Shown here: positions 40,831 through 50,496 of the stretch, piece after piece
Numbering within the stretch: the stretch's first letter is position 1
Layout of the letters: every line of letters begins with the position of its first letter
Source: Candidatus Culexarchaeum yellowstonense
GTDB lineage: Archaea; Thermoproteota; Methanomethylicia; Culexarchaeales; Culexarchaeaceae
Direction of reading: 5' to 3'
DNA: 64,000 nucleotides
Assembly: GCA_024707015.1 (NCBI GenBank)
Contig: JANGFR010000002.1
Coordinates: forward strand, 74,007-138,006
The notes under the pieces: generated by a model
What the model was told of the DNA's origin: nothing
The model's input: only the letters and a program-made list of their open reading frames with translations
Database searches by the model: none
Position numbers and translations under genes: made by a program

Positions 40831-41853
40831 TTATAATTCGAATGGATTCAACTCACCAGCAGATGTCAATGGACGTTTGGGATGCAAATACTTTGCTAGG
40901 AAACTGTAGACTTCTGCTCTAACTTCCCTTGCAAACAATGTGTCAATTCTATTGAAGGAGTGTCCTCCAGGAGCCTCCTTAAATATTTTATACTCAAACT
41001 CCTTGCCAGCGGCTTTAAGTGCATTTATAAGGTTTAAAACCTCAAGGTAGTTTACATCCTCATCATTGGTTGTCGTGTGAATTAATAGTGGAGTTTTAAG
41101 CCTATCAACATAGTGCACTGGAGATCTACGCCTATACTCCTCAACATCATCACAGACATCCACACCCACGTGATAATTGGCGATAAACAAGTCTCTATAA
41201 TTCTGCCCCTTATAGCCCATCCTCATTATCAAATCGCTAACGGGAACACCAGCATATGCAACCTTATAATCGTCTGGATAGAAGAATATGTTCATTAGAG
41301 TATGAAGTCCACCATGACTCCAACCAACAATCCCAATCCTATTGGGATCAACATACCTACAGTTTTCCACCATCCAATTCCTAGCTGCATGGGTATCCTC
41401 AATCTCCAATCCACCATAATCTATCAACTCATAGAAGGCTTTCCCATAACCAGTACTACCACGATACTCTGGAGCCACCACCAAGTATCCCTGAGCCAAC
41501 AACTCCCTAACAATATTCGCTGAAGCAGTACTCATATTCGCATGAACTCCACCATGAGGTAAGACTATCAATGGATACTTCTGACTTTTATCAAGATCCT
41601 TCGGTAGGAATACGTAACTCCAGAATATCACTGGATTCCTAGCCCCAGGAGCATTCGGCTTTTGAACCTTACTTGGAGGAGGACCAACCATCCTAAACTT
41701 AAATATCCTTGCAACATCCCCAAGCATATTATACCACAAAACATCGTCAATACGCTTATCCAAAGCCAAGAACATATGCATCAAAGATTCACGCATCTGC
41801 CTCAATTCTTCCAAAACCATCCTCAAATCCTCTGACATAACAATCAATACCAA
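40831..41853 (-). CDS. S9 family peptidase (prolyl oligopeptidase/acylaminoacyl peptidase catalytic domain)
   Basis: PHGG, YRGSTGYG, GWSHGG, D.DV and GGH motifs; no beta-propeller. Confidence 0.9.
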   Translation of the reverse strand: MVLIVMSEDLRMVLEELRQMRESLMHMFLALDKRIDDVLWYNMLGDVARIFKFRMVGPPPSKVQKPNAPGARNPVIFWSYVFLPKDLDKSQKYPLIVLPHGGVHANMSTASANIVRELLAQGYLVVAPEYRGSTGYGKAFYELIDYGGLEIEDTHAARNWMVENCRYVDPNRIGIVGWSHGGLHTLMNIFFYPDDYKVAYAGVPVSDLIMRMGYKGQNYRDLFIANYHVGVDVCDDVEEYRRRSPVHYVDRLKTPLLIHTTTNDEDVNYLEVLNLINALKAAGKEFEYKIFKEAPGGHSFNRIDTLFAREVRAEVYSFLAKYLHPKRPLTSAGELNPFEL

Positions 41854-41929
41854 GTATAAGCAATAAACCTAAAAGCGTTTCTAAAAACATGAGGAAAAGT
41901 AATCAAGGAAATGATATATGAGTTTCCCG

Positions 41930-42583
41930 CTATTCTGGCTTTACGATTATTGGCATAGTTACGCTTCCACTATAGACTTTTACATGGAATCCAATGGTTA
42001 TGTATTTGAATTCGCTATACCATATTTCGGCATATGGGTTTATGATTACATGGACTGCATAGTCAATATGTGCATACAAAGTTTTTGGGAGGTAATCGCG
42101 ACCACGATGAATGTGATAAACGAAAATGGATTCGGATAAATTACCGGGGAAAGATTTATAATAAAGAAAGGAGGTGGTGGCATACCAGTCAATAGTGGTG
42201 TCATTGCGATAAGCGAATAAGTTGATCGCTTCAACCGTTACGATAAAGCCTTTTACTAATGGATTGTATGTTTTCTCATTTATCTTCTTTACTATAACGT
42301 TTATTTCATAAATGTCTCGTGGATTTATTGGGCTAAATATGGGTGTGGGGATGTATATGATTAATCCGAAATCAGCCTCCCCAAGAAAACCACTATAATG
42401 GATTATTGTGCTATTAAATTTTATACCTTTAAACCAGATTAGAGATCTATTGAAAGATTCTAACCCAATTGGGTTTAAGTGTTGTGGGCATGTGAAATAG
42501 TTTCCTAACAGAATAAACGCTAAGAGTATTGTTAAAAAGATTGTTATGCATTTTTTGTTTAGGTATTTCCTCATGATTATCAC
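41930..42583 (-). CDS. hypothetical membrane-anchored protein
   Basis: 217 aa; N-terminal TM helix; TATATATA box upstream (~42630-42640). Confidence 0.6.
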   Translation of the reverse strand: MIIMRKYLNKKCITIFLTILLAFILLGNYFTCPQHLNPIGLESFNRSLIWFKGIKFNSTIIHYSGFLGEADFGLIIYIPTPIFSPINPRDIYEINVIVKKINEKTYNPLVKGFIVTVEAINLFAYRNDTTIDWYATTSFLYYKSFPGNLSESIFVYHIHRGRDYLPKTLYAHIDYAVHVIINPYAEIWYSEFKYITIGFHVKVYSGSVTMPIIVKPE

Positions 42584-42691
42584 TTTATGAGGAAATGAGC
42601 GAGCCCACTATAAATATAATTTGGTAAAGCTATATATATATCGACGTATTAAGATTGCTCATCGTCGAGTTACCGTTTTTTGATGGTAGGT

Positions 42692-43057
42692 TTAGATTGG
42701 CATTGGAATTGTTGGTGTTATGAGTCGTGTTAGGCTGGAGAGGATGTAGGTTATTATTAGTATGAATAGGCTTCTGGACCAGCTTGATCTGTATATGAAT
42801 TTTATGATGGATAGGTATATTATGAGTTTTAGGATGTATGAGGCTTGGAATTGGTTGAATGATGATATTATTGAGTTCATTAGCATGATCATTGTGGAGG
42901 AGGCTATGGCTAGGGGGAGGCTTTTGAGTCCGACTATTTTGGAGCTTAAGTATATGATTATGGTTAATAGGATGAAGCTTATTGTTAGATAGGGTAGGGA
43001 TTGTAGGATTGATGTTGGGTCGTAATTGGTTGCAGTTGTTATGTTAAGATTTGTCAT
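42692..43057 (-). CDS. small integral membrane protein, probable last gene of the hydrogenase operon
   Basis: About 4 hydrophobic segments; start overlaps the upstream gene by 14 bp. Confidence 0.6.
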   Translation of the reverse strand: MTNLNITTATNYDPTSILQSLPYLTISFILLTIIIYLSSKIVGLKSLPLAIASSTMIMLMNSIISSFNQFQASYILKLIIYLSIIKFIYRSSWSRSLFILIITYILSSLTRLITPTIPMPI

Positions 43058-43616
43058 ATAGGACGTGCTTCCTTGTGTGGATATTTAGTTTGAAGCTTAG
43101 GGTTTTTCTGCAATTTGGGCATAGGTGTAGGTATTTTGGTAGATCTTCTTGGGCGTATTGTATGGCTTTAGCCTCCTTTAATCCACTCATTAACCTATCG
43201 GTGATGCGGTTAAGTTGCTTTTCTGGTGCAAAGTAGTTTCCGCAGTTAATGCATTTTGAAAGTTCAATTGTGTTTGAAACTTTGAGTTCCGATTTATTGT
43301 TTGATGCTATTTCGAATTTAGTGGTTAAGGTTAATGCATCTTCAGGGCATACTTCGGCGCAACGCCTACAAAACACACACTTATTCAAATTAATGTTTAA
43401 ATTACGTTTACCCTCCGCGTCTATGTATGTTAATGCACCGCTACTACATTGGCTAACGCATGCACTGCACCCAATACATTTATCTGCATTGAATTCGGGC
43501 ATACCGCGCAGAGTTTCTGGAACACTACTATACTTCTCAACGCCAACACCAGCAGGATACTTAATTGTGTATGGTTTACTTAGAGCTTCAATGGCTCTCT
43601 TAAATGATTTGAGCAA
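43044..43616 (-). CDS. group 4 hydrogenase 2x[4Fe-4S] subunit (NuoI/HycF-like)
   Basis: YTIKYP, LRGMP, CIGCSACVSQC, CVFCRRCAEVCP plus extra CINCG...CPNCR as in HycF/HyfH. Confidence 0.88.
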   Translation of the reverse strand: MLKSFKRAIEALSKPYTIKYPAGVGVEKYSSVPETLRGMPEFNADKCIGCSACVSQCSSGALTYIDAEGKRNLNINLNKCVFCRRCAEVCPEDALTLTTKFEIASNNKSELKVSNTIELSKCINCGNYFAPEKQLNRITDRLMSGLKEAKAIQYAQEDLPKYLHLCPNCRKTLSFKLNIHTRKHVLYDKS

Positions 43617-43617
43617 T

Positions 43618-44628
43618 TCATGCCACCCCCAAAATAAACCTGATGATTATGGAGAATATTATGGAGAATGCGGATAAGGGCCATAGGTACTTGATGGCCC
43701 ATGAGACTGCTTGATCAATTCTAAATCTTGGGGCTATTGAGTGAACTATGGATATTATGAGTGTGACTATGAAGCACTCCAATAGGAAGACTATGAAGTT
43801 GAATATTTGATTGTATATGCTTGTTGGTGGCAGTATAAGTCCCCCTGAAAGGAATAGGTTTACAAACAATCCGATGAGGACTGATGTTAGAATGTATTTT
43901 GAGGATAATATTGTTGCTAGAAGTTTTCCGGAGTATTCTGTGTATGGACCTGAAACTATCTCCACATCAGCTTCAGGTATTTCGAATGGGTTGAAGTGCA
44001 GTTTCCCAAGTACTGCAATTATGAAAACTATGGCTGCGAAGGGGTTTAGAAGGATTATTGGATAGGATTTCAGCTGAAAACTCATGATGCCGCCAATCGA
44101 TAATGAATTGGATATTATGGCTGAAGAGAATATTGATGAGAGCAATGAAACTTCAATTACAAGCATCAGCTCAGCCTCCCTCCTAGATCCAACAACACTC
44201 CAAGGTGATGATGATGCCAAACCACCCAAAACCCAGAATAGGGATACACCAATTAAAATGTATGTTATGAAGATTATGCTGAGCGGATTATCTGCAAGCA
44301 AGCTTAAACCACCATAAGATATAAAGTATGTGGATAAAACTGCCAGGATGAAGCTTACTATTGGTGATGAAACAAATAAACCTTTACGTGCACTTCTAGG
44401 TATAATCGTCTCCTTAAACATCAATTTCAAAACATCGTAGAGGGGTTGTAAAACCCTACTTGAACCTAAAAGCCCCCTCAACTCACCATGCATTGAAAGT
44501 AGTGGTCCAAGCCTATACTGACTCCTAGCATAAACCTTCCTAATCTCATAATTGAACAAGACTCCAAGGATGAAGCATAACACTGGAATAAATATTATTG
44601 CTAGGAGCACAACCATCACCCCCTCCAA
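43618..44628 (-). CDS. group 4 hydrogenase membrane subunit (NuoH/HycD/EchB-like)
   Basis: RKVYARSQYRLGP, QPLYDVLKLMFKE and PFEIPEADVEIVSGPYTEYSG motifs. Confidence 0.92.
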   Translation of the reverse strand: MEGVMVVLLAIIFIPVLCFILGVLFNYEIRKVYARSQYRLGPLLSMHGELRGLLGSSRVLQPLYDVLKLMFKETIIPRSARKGLFVSSPIVSFILAVLSTYFISYGGLSLLADNPLSIIFITYILIGVSLFWVLGGLASSSPWSVVGSRREAELMLVIEVSLLSSIFSSAIISNSLSIGGIMSFQLKSYPIILLNPFAAIVFIIAVLGKLHFNPFEIPEADVEIVSGPYTEYSGKLLATILSSKYILTSVLIGLFVNLFLSGGLILPPTSIYNQIFNFIVFLLECFIVTLIISIVHSIAPRFRIDQAVSWAIKYLWPLSAFSIIFSIIIRFILGVA

Positions 44629-46247
44629 CCCTTAAATGCTAGATTCTTAAATTCATCACCACTCAAAGTCCACTGCTCCCCCCTCTTGGAATCAACTATC
44701 ATTACACGATCTGTGCATGAGAAGCATGGGTCAACGCTACCAATAATTATTGGTGCATCTGCAAGTCTACAACCTTTAAGCATGAATTTGAGGGCTGCAA
44801 TATTACGGTAACTTGGAGTTCTAATCCTAACAGTGTGCGGTATATCCATACCATTCGAAATTACGTAGTAGACTAGTTCACCCCTAGGAGCTTCAACCTT
44901 ACTTAAAGCTTCACCCTCAGGGAATGGTTTAAGTTCTGAAGTAGCTACTGGTCCACCAATACTCTTCAACCTATCAACACATTGTAGACATATATCTATG
45001 GATACAAGGGTTTCCTTAACTCTAACCATAACCCTTGAAAGTACATCCCCAGCCTCCTCAACCACAACATCCCAACTTATATGCCCCTCATCATAGAATG
45101 AGTATGGACTATCCCTTCTAACATCAATCTTCCATCCACTAGCCCTAGCAGTTGGCCCTACAGCTCCAGCCTCCCTAGCATCACTTAGAGACATGACACC
45201 TACACCCTCAGTCCTACGCCTAACAATGCTATGTGAAGCTATATCTTCAGCTAGTTTTTTGAAATCCCTCTTAACTTCAAGCAGTTTACTTTCAACTTTA
45301 CTAAGCTGCTCCTTAGTGACATCGAATCTTACGCCGCCAATACTCATGGAATCTGCATGAACCCTATTGCCCGATAGCAATTCAATGCAATCCTGTATTG
45401 GCTCCCTAATCTTCCAAGCCCACATGAGCAAAGTTTTAAAGCCAATCAAGTCTCCTGCAACGCCAAGCCATAGGAGGTGACTATGTATCCTATTCAACTC
45501 AGCCATTAAAACCCTAATATACTCAGCCCTCTCAGGGACATTTACCCCAAGAATGCGTTCCACAGCATTCACGAAAGCCAATTGATGCGGAACACTACAT
45601 ATACCACATATCCTACCAACAAGGAATAGGTCACGCCAAAAAGTCCTACTCTCAGCCAACTTCATTATCCCACGATGATTCAAACCAACCTTAATATCCA
45701 CATCAACAACATCTTCACCATCAACGAATAACTTGAAGAATCCACCTTCAAGCATTGCCGGATGATATGGACCTATGGGTAGAGTGACTTGCTTAACCCC
45801 AGCCTTAGATTCACTGGAACTCTCAACTGGGTTAGGCCACTCAAAGGGGAGGAAGATGTGTCTAGGGTCGGGGTGACCATCAAACTCAACTCCAAGGAGC
45901 TCCATAGTCTCCCTCTCAGCCCAATTAGCTTGATAAGTCAATTGTGCAACTGATGGAAACTTCGCTGGTTCACCATCACCATAAGCATACAATATTACAT
46001 GGGCATGTCTATCTATGTGTTCAAGACTGTAGATGTGCATGAGCCTAATACCATCAAAACCCATGTCTGAAGCTGTGACATGGACAATTCTAGAGCCTAT
46101 GGAAAGCATGTATTTAGCTGCATCCAGAAGCCTATTTGGACTGGTCTTAACACGTACATGCTTACCTCCACAACCATAACCAGTAATTTCAAAATCGGGT
46201 TTAAGGATGTTTCCAAGCTCATTTAAAACATCATTTAAACTCTTCAT
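44616..46247 (-). CDS. group 4 [NiFe]-hydrogenase large subunit, fused NuoC+NuoD (HycE-like)
   Basis: NuoC motif WAERETMELLGVEFDGHPD; intact L1 RICGICSVPH and L2 DPCFSCTDR; EAPRGE; 29-aa C-terminal extension. Confidence 0.93.
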   Translation of the reverse strand: MKSLNDVLNELGNILKPDFEITGYGCGGKHVRVKTSPNRLLDAAKYMLSIGSRIVHVTASDMGFDGIRLMHIYSLEHIDRHAHVILYAYGDGEPAKFPSVAQLTYQANWAERETMELLGVEFDGHPDPRHIFLPFEWPNPVESSSESKAGVKQVTLPIGPYHPAMLEGGFFKLFVDGEDVVDVDIKVGLNHRGIMKLAESRTFWRDLFLVGRICGICSVPHQLAFVNAVERILGVNVPERAEYIRVLMAELNRIHSHLLWLGVAGDLIGFKTLLMWAWKIREPIQDCIELLSGNRVHADSMSIGGVRFDVTKEQLSKVESKLLEVKRDFKKLAEDIASHSIVRRRTEGVGVMSLSDAREAGAVGPTARASGWKIDVRRDSPYSFYDEGHISWDVVVEEAGDVLSRVMVRVKETLVSIDICLQCVDRLKSIGGPVATSELKPFPEGEALSKVEAPRGELVYYVISNGMDIPHTVRIRTPSYRNIAALKFMLKGCRLADAPIIIGSVDPCFSCTDRVMIVDSKRGEQWTLSGDEFKNLAFKGWRG

Positions 46248-46253
46248 CCCAGA

Positions 46254-47777
46254 TCACCATAAATCCATAAATTTAAACATAACATCATTATGGAGGGATA
46301 CTCCATAGGCTAGAAAGCCATGATACATTATACCAATTATAATTGATATTAAAGCTAAGAGGATTATGGAGGTAAACATTAAATCTGGTTTCTCCCTAAA
46401 AACGCCACTACCCCTAGCTGAAGCCACAACTATTCCGAGGAAAACACATAAAACTATTATACCACTGAGATATATTAAACCCTCATATATTGAGCTTGGA
46501 ATACCATAAAACTGATTGCCAGAATAAATGATTGATTCCATCACCATATGCTTACCATAATAACCTGAGAAGAATGGAAGTAAACCTGAAACGCTCATCC
46601 CACCTAAAATAATGATGAGTGAAGTGATGGGCATAGACCTAGTTGCCATTGAAAGTTTAAGCCAATTCCTCTCATGGAAAACCTTCACATACAAACCTGC
46701 AGATAGGAAGAGGAGTGCCTTAGCAATTGAATGTGCAAATAGGTATAATGCTGATCCAAAAATGCATAGATATGCTTCATAACCACTCATGGAAACACTT
46801 AAACCAATTGATGAACCTAGGAACCCCATACTCAAAATGCTACTGAAGGCTATAACCCTCTTAATATCCCTATCAATTATCATCCCCAACACTCCAAGGA
46901 CAATATTAATTAAACCTGAAAGGGTTATGAAAGCCCCCACATCCATTGAAATTATTGGTGAAAGTGAATAAACGTATTTCAATATTGGGATATATGCAGA
47001 CTCTATTATTACACCTGAAAGCATTGCACTAACTGGTGAAGGTGCTTCCGAGTGAACTAATGGGAGCCATAGGAGTGCAAGTGGAGATGTGCCAGCCTTA
47101 ATTCCAAAACCTAAAAGGATTAGGTAGGAGGCAAATTTGAAATTCCAATCATAAATCCCATATCTACTCAACCTATAAACATCCAGTAGATCGAAGTGTA
47201 AACCATAACCATTGATGAGGAGGCATACCCCAATTATTATTAGAATAGACTCTAAAATCGACATGGCCAAGTATACTATAACTGAAATAACAGCTCTACC
47301 CCTACGTTCACCATACAAAACTAGAATTGCACTCAGAGCTGTGGAAGCTTCAAGAAAAAATAGCATGTAAATCAAATTGCTAGATGACACCAGCCCAATT
47401 AGTGTCGCTAATAGAATTGGTATAATTGCAAAGTACAATCTAAATCTACCATTCAATTCAGAATCGAAATATTTGATTGAGTATAATGTTGATATTAAAC
47501 CAACAATCAATATAACCTCACACATAGCATAAATAAGGAAATCCGTAAACAATTTTGATTCCAGCTCAGCTAACCCAGCTGCTAATATTCCTGCTAATGG
47601 TATGGCGTTAACAATTAATGAGGAGAATATCAATAATGTGGAGAGGTGTATGGAATATTTTGATTTAAATGCTGAAATTATTAGCGATGATAAGAATAGA
47701 AGTGCATATGTCAATATGAGGTTAATGCTCACCCTTCTCATCCTCCATGAATGGTAGATTAAATATGTAGATTTCAT
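46254..47777 (-). CDS. ion-translocating antiporter-like subunit (MrpD/NuoL-M/HyfB family)
   Basis: FFLE, GIKAG, WLPLVHSEAPSPVSAMLSG, DIKRVIAFSS and HSIAKALLFLSAG motifs; start uncertain. Confidence 0.9.
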   Translation of the reverse strand: MKSTYLIYHSWRMRRVSINLILTYALLFLSSLIISAFKSKYSIHLSTLLIFSSLIVNAIPLAGILAAGLAELESKLFTDFLIYAMCEVILIVGLISTLYSIKYFDSELNGRFRLYFAIIPILLATLIGLVSSSNLIYMLFFLEASTALSAILVLYGERRGRAVISVIVYLAMSILESILIIIGVCLLINGYGLHFDLLDVYRLSRYGIYDWNFKFASYLILLGFGIKAGTSPLALLWLPLVHSEAPSPVSAMLSGVIIESAYIPILKYVYSLSPIISMDVGAFITLSGLINIVLGVLGMIIDRDIKRVIAFSSILSMGFLGSSIGLSVSMSGYEAYLCIFGSALYLFAHSIAKALLFLSAGLYVKVFHERNWLKLSMATRSMPITSLIIILGGMSVSGLLPFFSGYYGKHMVMESIIYSGNQFYGIPSSIYEGLIYLSGIIVLCVFLGIVVASARGSGVFREKPDLMFTSIILLALISIIIGIMYHGFLAYGVSLHNDVMFKFMDLW

Positions 47778-48015
47778 CCATATGGATGTATGGAGGTTTA
47801 GCTAAACCACACATGAAAACTGAATCCAAATCTACATTACGTGATTGAAGCCATGGAATTAAAACTATGAATGTCAAATAGAATATTGAAGTTGAAGCTA
47901 ACTCAACTAGGAATAATGTTAGAATGATATCTGATGTTAAGGGTACAATCCAAAATCCAATGGCCAACAATCCTAACGATATTATTAGGGGGATGTACAT
48001 GTACTTCAACTTCAT
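47722..48015 (-). CDS. small membrane subunit of the hydrogenase complex (possibly MbhI/NuoA-like)
   Basis: Two TM helices then FMCG; ATGA overlap with the small-subunit gene. Confidence 0.55.
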   Translation of the reverse strand: MKLKYMYIPLIISLGLLAIGFWIVPLTSDIILTLFLVELASTSIFYLTFIVLIPWLQSRNVDLDSVFMCGLAKPPYIHMDEIYIFNLPFMEDEKGEH

Positions 48016-48464
48016 TTAACCACCCCACACCTCTCACGTAGGATGCTTATTGCCTTAACAACACCATTTATTATGGCTTCAGGTTTTGGTGGGCATCCAG
48101 ATACAAAGACATCCACTGGGATAACCTTATCTGCTCCACCAAGGATTGCATAAGTTTCTTCACCCTCAACATCATTGAATATTCCACCAGAACAGGCACA
48201 TGAGCCTATGGCGACAACAACCTTTGGGTTTGGAACTTGCATATAAACTCTCTTCATGAATGATGCAATATGCTTTGTAACTGGACCTGTAACTATTAGG
48301 ATGTCTGCATGCCTTGGAGATGTAACCAATTTAATCCCAAATCTCTCAACATCAAATCTTGGGGTTAATGCTGCAACAAGTTCAATGTCGCATCCATTAC
48401 ATCCACCAGCATGTAAATGGTAAACCCATGGTGAATATGTGAACATCTTCTGTTTAAACCCCAT
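48012..48464 (-). CDS. group 4 hydrogenase small subunit (NuoB/HycG-like)
   Basis: GGCNGCDIE, DVERFG, SPRHAD, GSCACSGG and GCPPKP motifs. Confidence 0.95.
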   Translation of the reverse strand: MGFKQKMFTYSPWVYHLHAGGCNGCDIELVAALTPRFDVERFGIKLVTSPRHADILIVTGPVTKHIASFMKRVYMQVPNPKVVVAIGSCACSGGIFNDVEGEETYAILGGADKVIPVDVFVSGCPPKPEAIINGVVKAISILRERCGVVK

Positions 48465-49328
48465 TTAACCCACCAACCTACCAATTATATTTTCAGTTGA
48501 AATTGCATGTGTATTTAAGCCGAAACTTTCTGGCTTAATTCCAAAACTTAAAGCTAAGAGTTCACTTAAATGTAACACTGGAATCCCATATTCTAATCCT
48601 TCATCTTTGAATGTCAATTGGGCTTTCTCAAATTGATCGTAGCATGCTGGGCATGCAACTACAATTGCATTTGCACCTGAATTCTTTATGGCATCAAGCT
48701 TCCACTTAGTCCTCTCCCTCATAGCCTTATCCACCGAGTATAGCATTAATGGGTATCCACAGCAAACACGCTCCAAACCATAATCAACGATCTCAACATT
48801 CAAAGCCTTCACAATTTCCCTAAGATACTTGGCGCCCCTCTCATCACTCATCTTATATAATTTGCATCCTGGGTGAAGTGCAACTTTAAGCCAACTTAAA
48901 TCCACATTAACATTGCTTCTAATAGCATTTAAACCAACATCTTCAAACAATACTTCAGTATAATGTTTAACTTTAATAGTCCCATTAAATTTCAATCCAA
49001 ACCCCTTAAGATTCCCATTAATCTTCTCCCTCAAATCACTTGACTCAATAAGCTTCTCCCTAGCTTCATGCAGAGACTCCCAACACCCATTACACATCAC
49101 AATTATATCCCTCCCAATAGCTTCAGCTAAGGATAGGTTTCTAGCAGCCACAGTTAACCATAAATCTTCATCTACAAGTCTAGCTATTTCTGGAACTGGG
49201 CAGCATGAAGCTCCATTTATATCGAGGAGGTTGATTCCAAGTTTACTGGATATGGCTCTCATGGATGATTCAGCAAATGGCTGCATTGCAGGTATATAGC
49301 ATCCTAGGAATAGACTGTATTCAAGCAT
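48465..49328 (-). CDS. hdrB: heterodisulfide reductase subunit B (methanogen-like)
   Basis: Two CCG domains: FLGC...GASCCP...CNGC and HPGC...CCG...CPAC; WLTVAARNL. Confidence 0.9.
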   Translation of the reverse strand: MLEYSLFLGCYIPAMQPFAESSMRAISSKLGINLLDINGASCCPVPEIARLVDEDLWLTVAARNLSLAEAIGRDIIVMCNGCWESLHEAREKLIESSDLREKINGNLKGFGLKFNGTIKVKHYTEVLFEDVGLNAIRSNVNVDLSWLKVALHPGCKLYKMSDERGAKYLREIVKALNVEIVDYGLERVCCGYPLMLYSVDKAMRERTKWKLDAIKNSGANAIVVACPACYDQFEKAQLTFKDEGLEYGIPVLHLSELLALSFGIKPESFGLNTHAISTENIIGRLVG

Positions 49329-49343
49329 ATGGATACCTCCAAC

Positions 49344-49622
49344 CTAATATTTGAAATCCCTCCTATCAAAGTCAAATCCAATCCTTCTACCAGCACCAAT
49401 CGATTTAATGAGATTGAACATTTGATTCACATATTCAGTGTTGCTATATGCTGTTGGGGGTATGCTTGGCAAACCAATCCTACTCCTAGTCCTCTGCATA
49501 TATCTAGAAAGCATTGGAACATGACCAGTTCTAAGTATACTCCTAATTGGAGATTTAAGTGAATCCTGCAATCCCACAATATCCTTCCTTAATGGGTGAA
49601 TTTTACCTTCGCTGGAGCTCAT
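49344..49622 (-). CDS. HdrC C-terminal-like protein lacking Fe-S cysteines
   Basis: TGHVP.....R.RIGL...PPT......QM..LI...G resembles the C-terminal arm of methanogen HdrC; no Cys in 92 aa; ATGA overlap upstream. Confidence 0.6.
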   Translation of the reverse strand: MSSSEGKIHPLRKDIVGLQDSLKSPIRSILRTGHVPMLSRYMQRTRSRIGLPSIPPTAYSNTEYVNQMFNLIKSIGAGRRIGFDFDRRDFKY

Positions 49623-50104
49623 GATCTCACCCTCTCCAAAACCTCCCTCCTAGGTAATACTTGAAGTGCACCAGTACTACAATACTTTGCACATAGAAAT
49701 TCACCTTTACATGCATCGCATTTAACGCTAACCCTCAACCTCTCATCGAAAAAAGGTATTGAGATGGGGCATGCATAATTACAGCTTCTACAACCAATAC
49801 ATAGAGCTGGATTTATGAGTACAAATCCTGTTACAGTATCCTTACTTATAGCTTTAGGTTCCACTGGACATGCAGCCATACAAAATGGGTCTTGACAATG
49901 ACTGCAGTAGTTGTTTATGAAGAGTGGATTCCCCTCAGGGTTCAATGCCACCATCAAGTATGCCTTCGAAATATCAATTACCCCATAATGCTTGTATGAG
50001 CAAACCTCCATGCAATATAGGCATCCTGAACATTTATTTGGATCGTAGAAGAGCACTTTCTGTTCCTCTAAATTCAAGGTGCATGCCCCACAACAATTTT
50101 TCAC
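49619..50104 (-). CDS. 4x[4Fe-4S] electron-transfer protein (CooF/DmsB/HydN-like)
   Basis: Four Cys groups: CSGCLYCMEVC, CSHCQDPFCMAACP, CIGCRSCNYACP, CDAC....CAKYC. Confidence 0.9.
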   Translation of the reverse strand: MKNCCGACTLNLEEQKVLFYDPNKCSGCLYCMEVCSYKHYGVIDISKAYLMVALNPEGNPLFINNYCSHCQDPFCMAACPVEPKAISKDTVTGFVLINPALCIGCRSCNYACPISIPFFDERLRVSVKCDACKGEFLCAKYCSTGALQVLPRREVLERVRS

Positions 50105-50496
50105 TGCTGATACTTAGAGTACTCCTCGGCAGTTAAAAGTTCATCCTTCTCCTCTTCCCACTTTGTTGGTTGAATTATAACTAGCCATCCAGCTCCATAT
50201 GGATCTGCATTAACAAGTGATGGCTGCTTTAAAACCCTCTCATTAACCTGCTTTATAACACCACTAACTGGGGATATAAGGTCGCTGGTGGCTTTAGTGG
50301 ACTCTATAACTCCGAATGGCTCGTACTGTGAAACTGTTGTGCCAACATTCTCTAATCTAATTCTCCTAACGGTCTTCAGCATCTTTTGTGCATAATCTGT
50401 TATCCCAACCCTAACGGTTCCATCGGGCAGAAGTTCAGCCCATGTATGGTCTGGAATGTAATATATGCCTTCACGCAAAACATAACTCTTACTCAT
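50101..50496 (-). CDS. gcvH: glycine cleavage H-like lipoyl carrier protein
   Basis: HTW, VGITDYAQ, IESTKATSDLISPVSG (lipoyl Lys) and VNADPYGAGWL motifs; AGGTG RBS at 50504-50508 favours ATG 50496. Confidence 0.9.
   Translation of the reverse strand: MSKSYVLREGIYYIPDHTWAELLPDGTVRVGITDYAQKMLKTVRRIRLENVGTTVSQYEPFGVIESTKATSDLISPVSGVIKQVNERVLKQPSLVNADPYGAGWLVIIQPTKWEEEKDELLTAEEYSKYQQ

Noticed and set aside
43044..48464. Respiratory complex I, Fpo-like or Mbs/Mbx call
   Set aside because: The large subunit keeps both CxxC NiFe motifs and a C-terminal extension, and the NuoJK-type set is missing, so a true hydrogenase fits better
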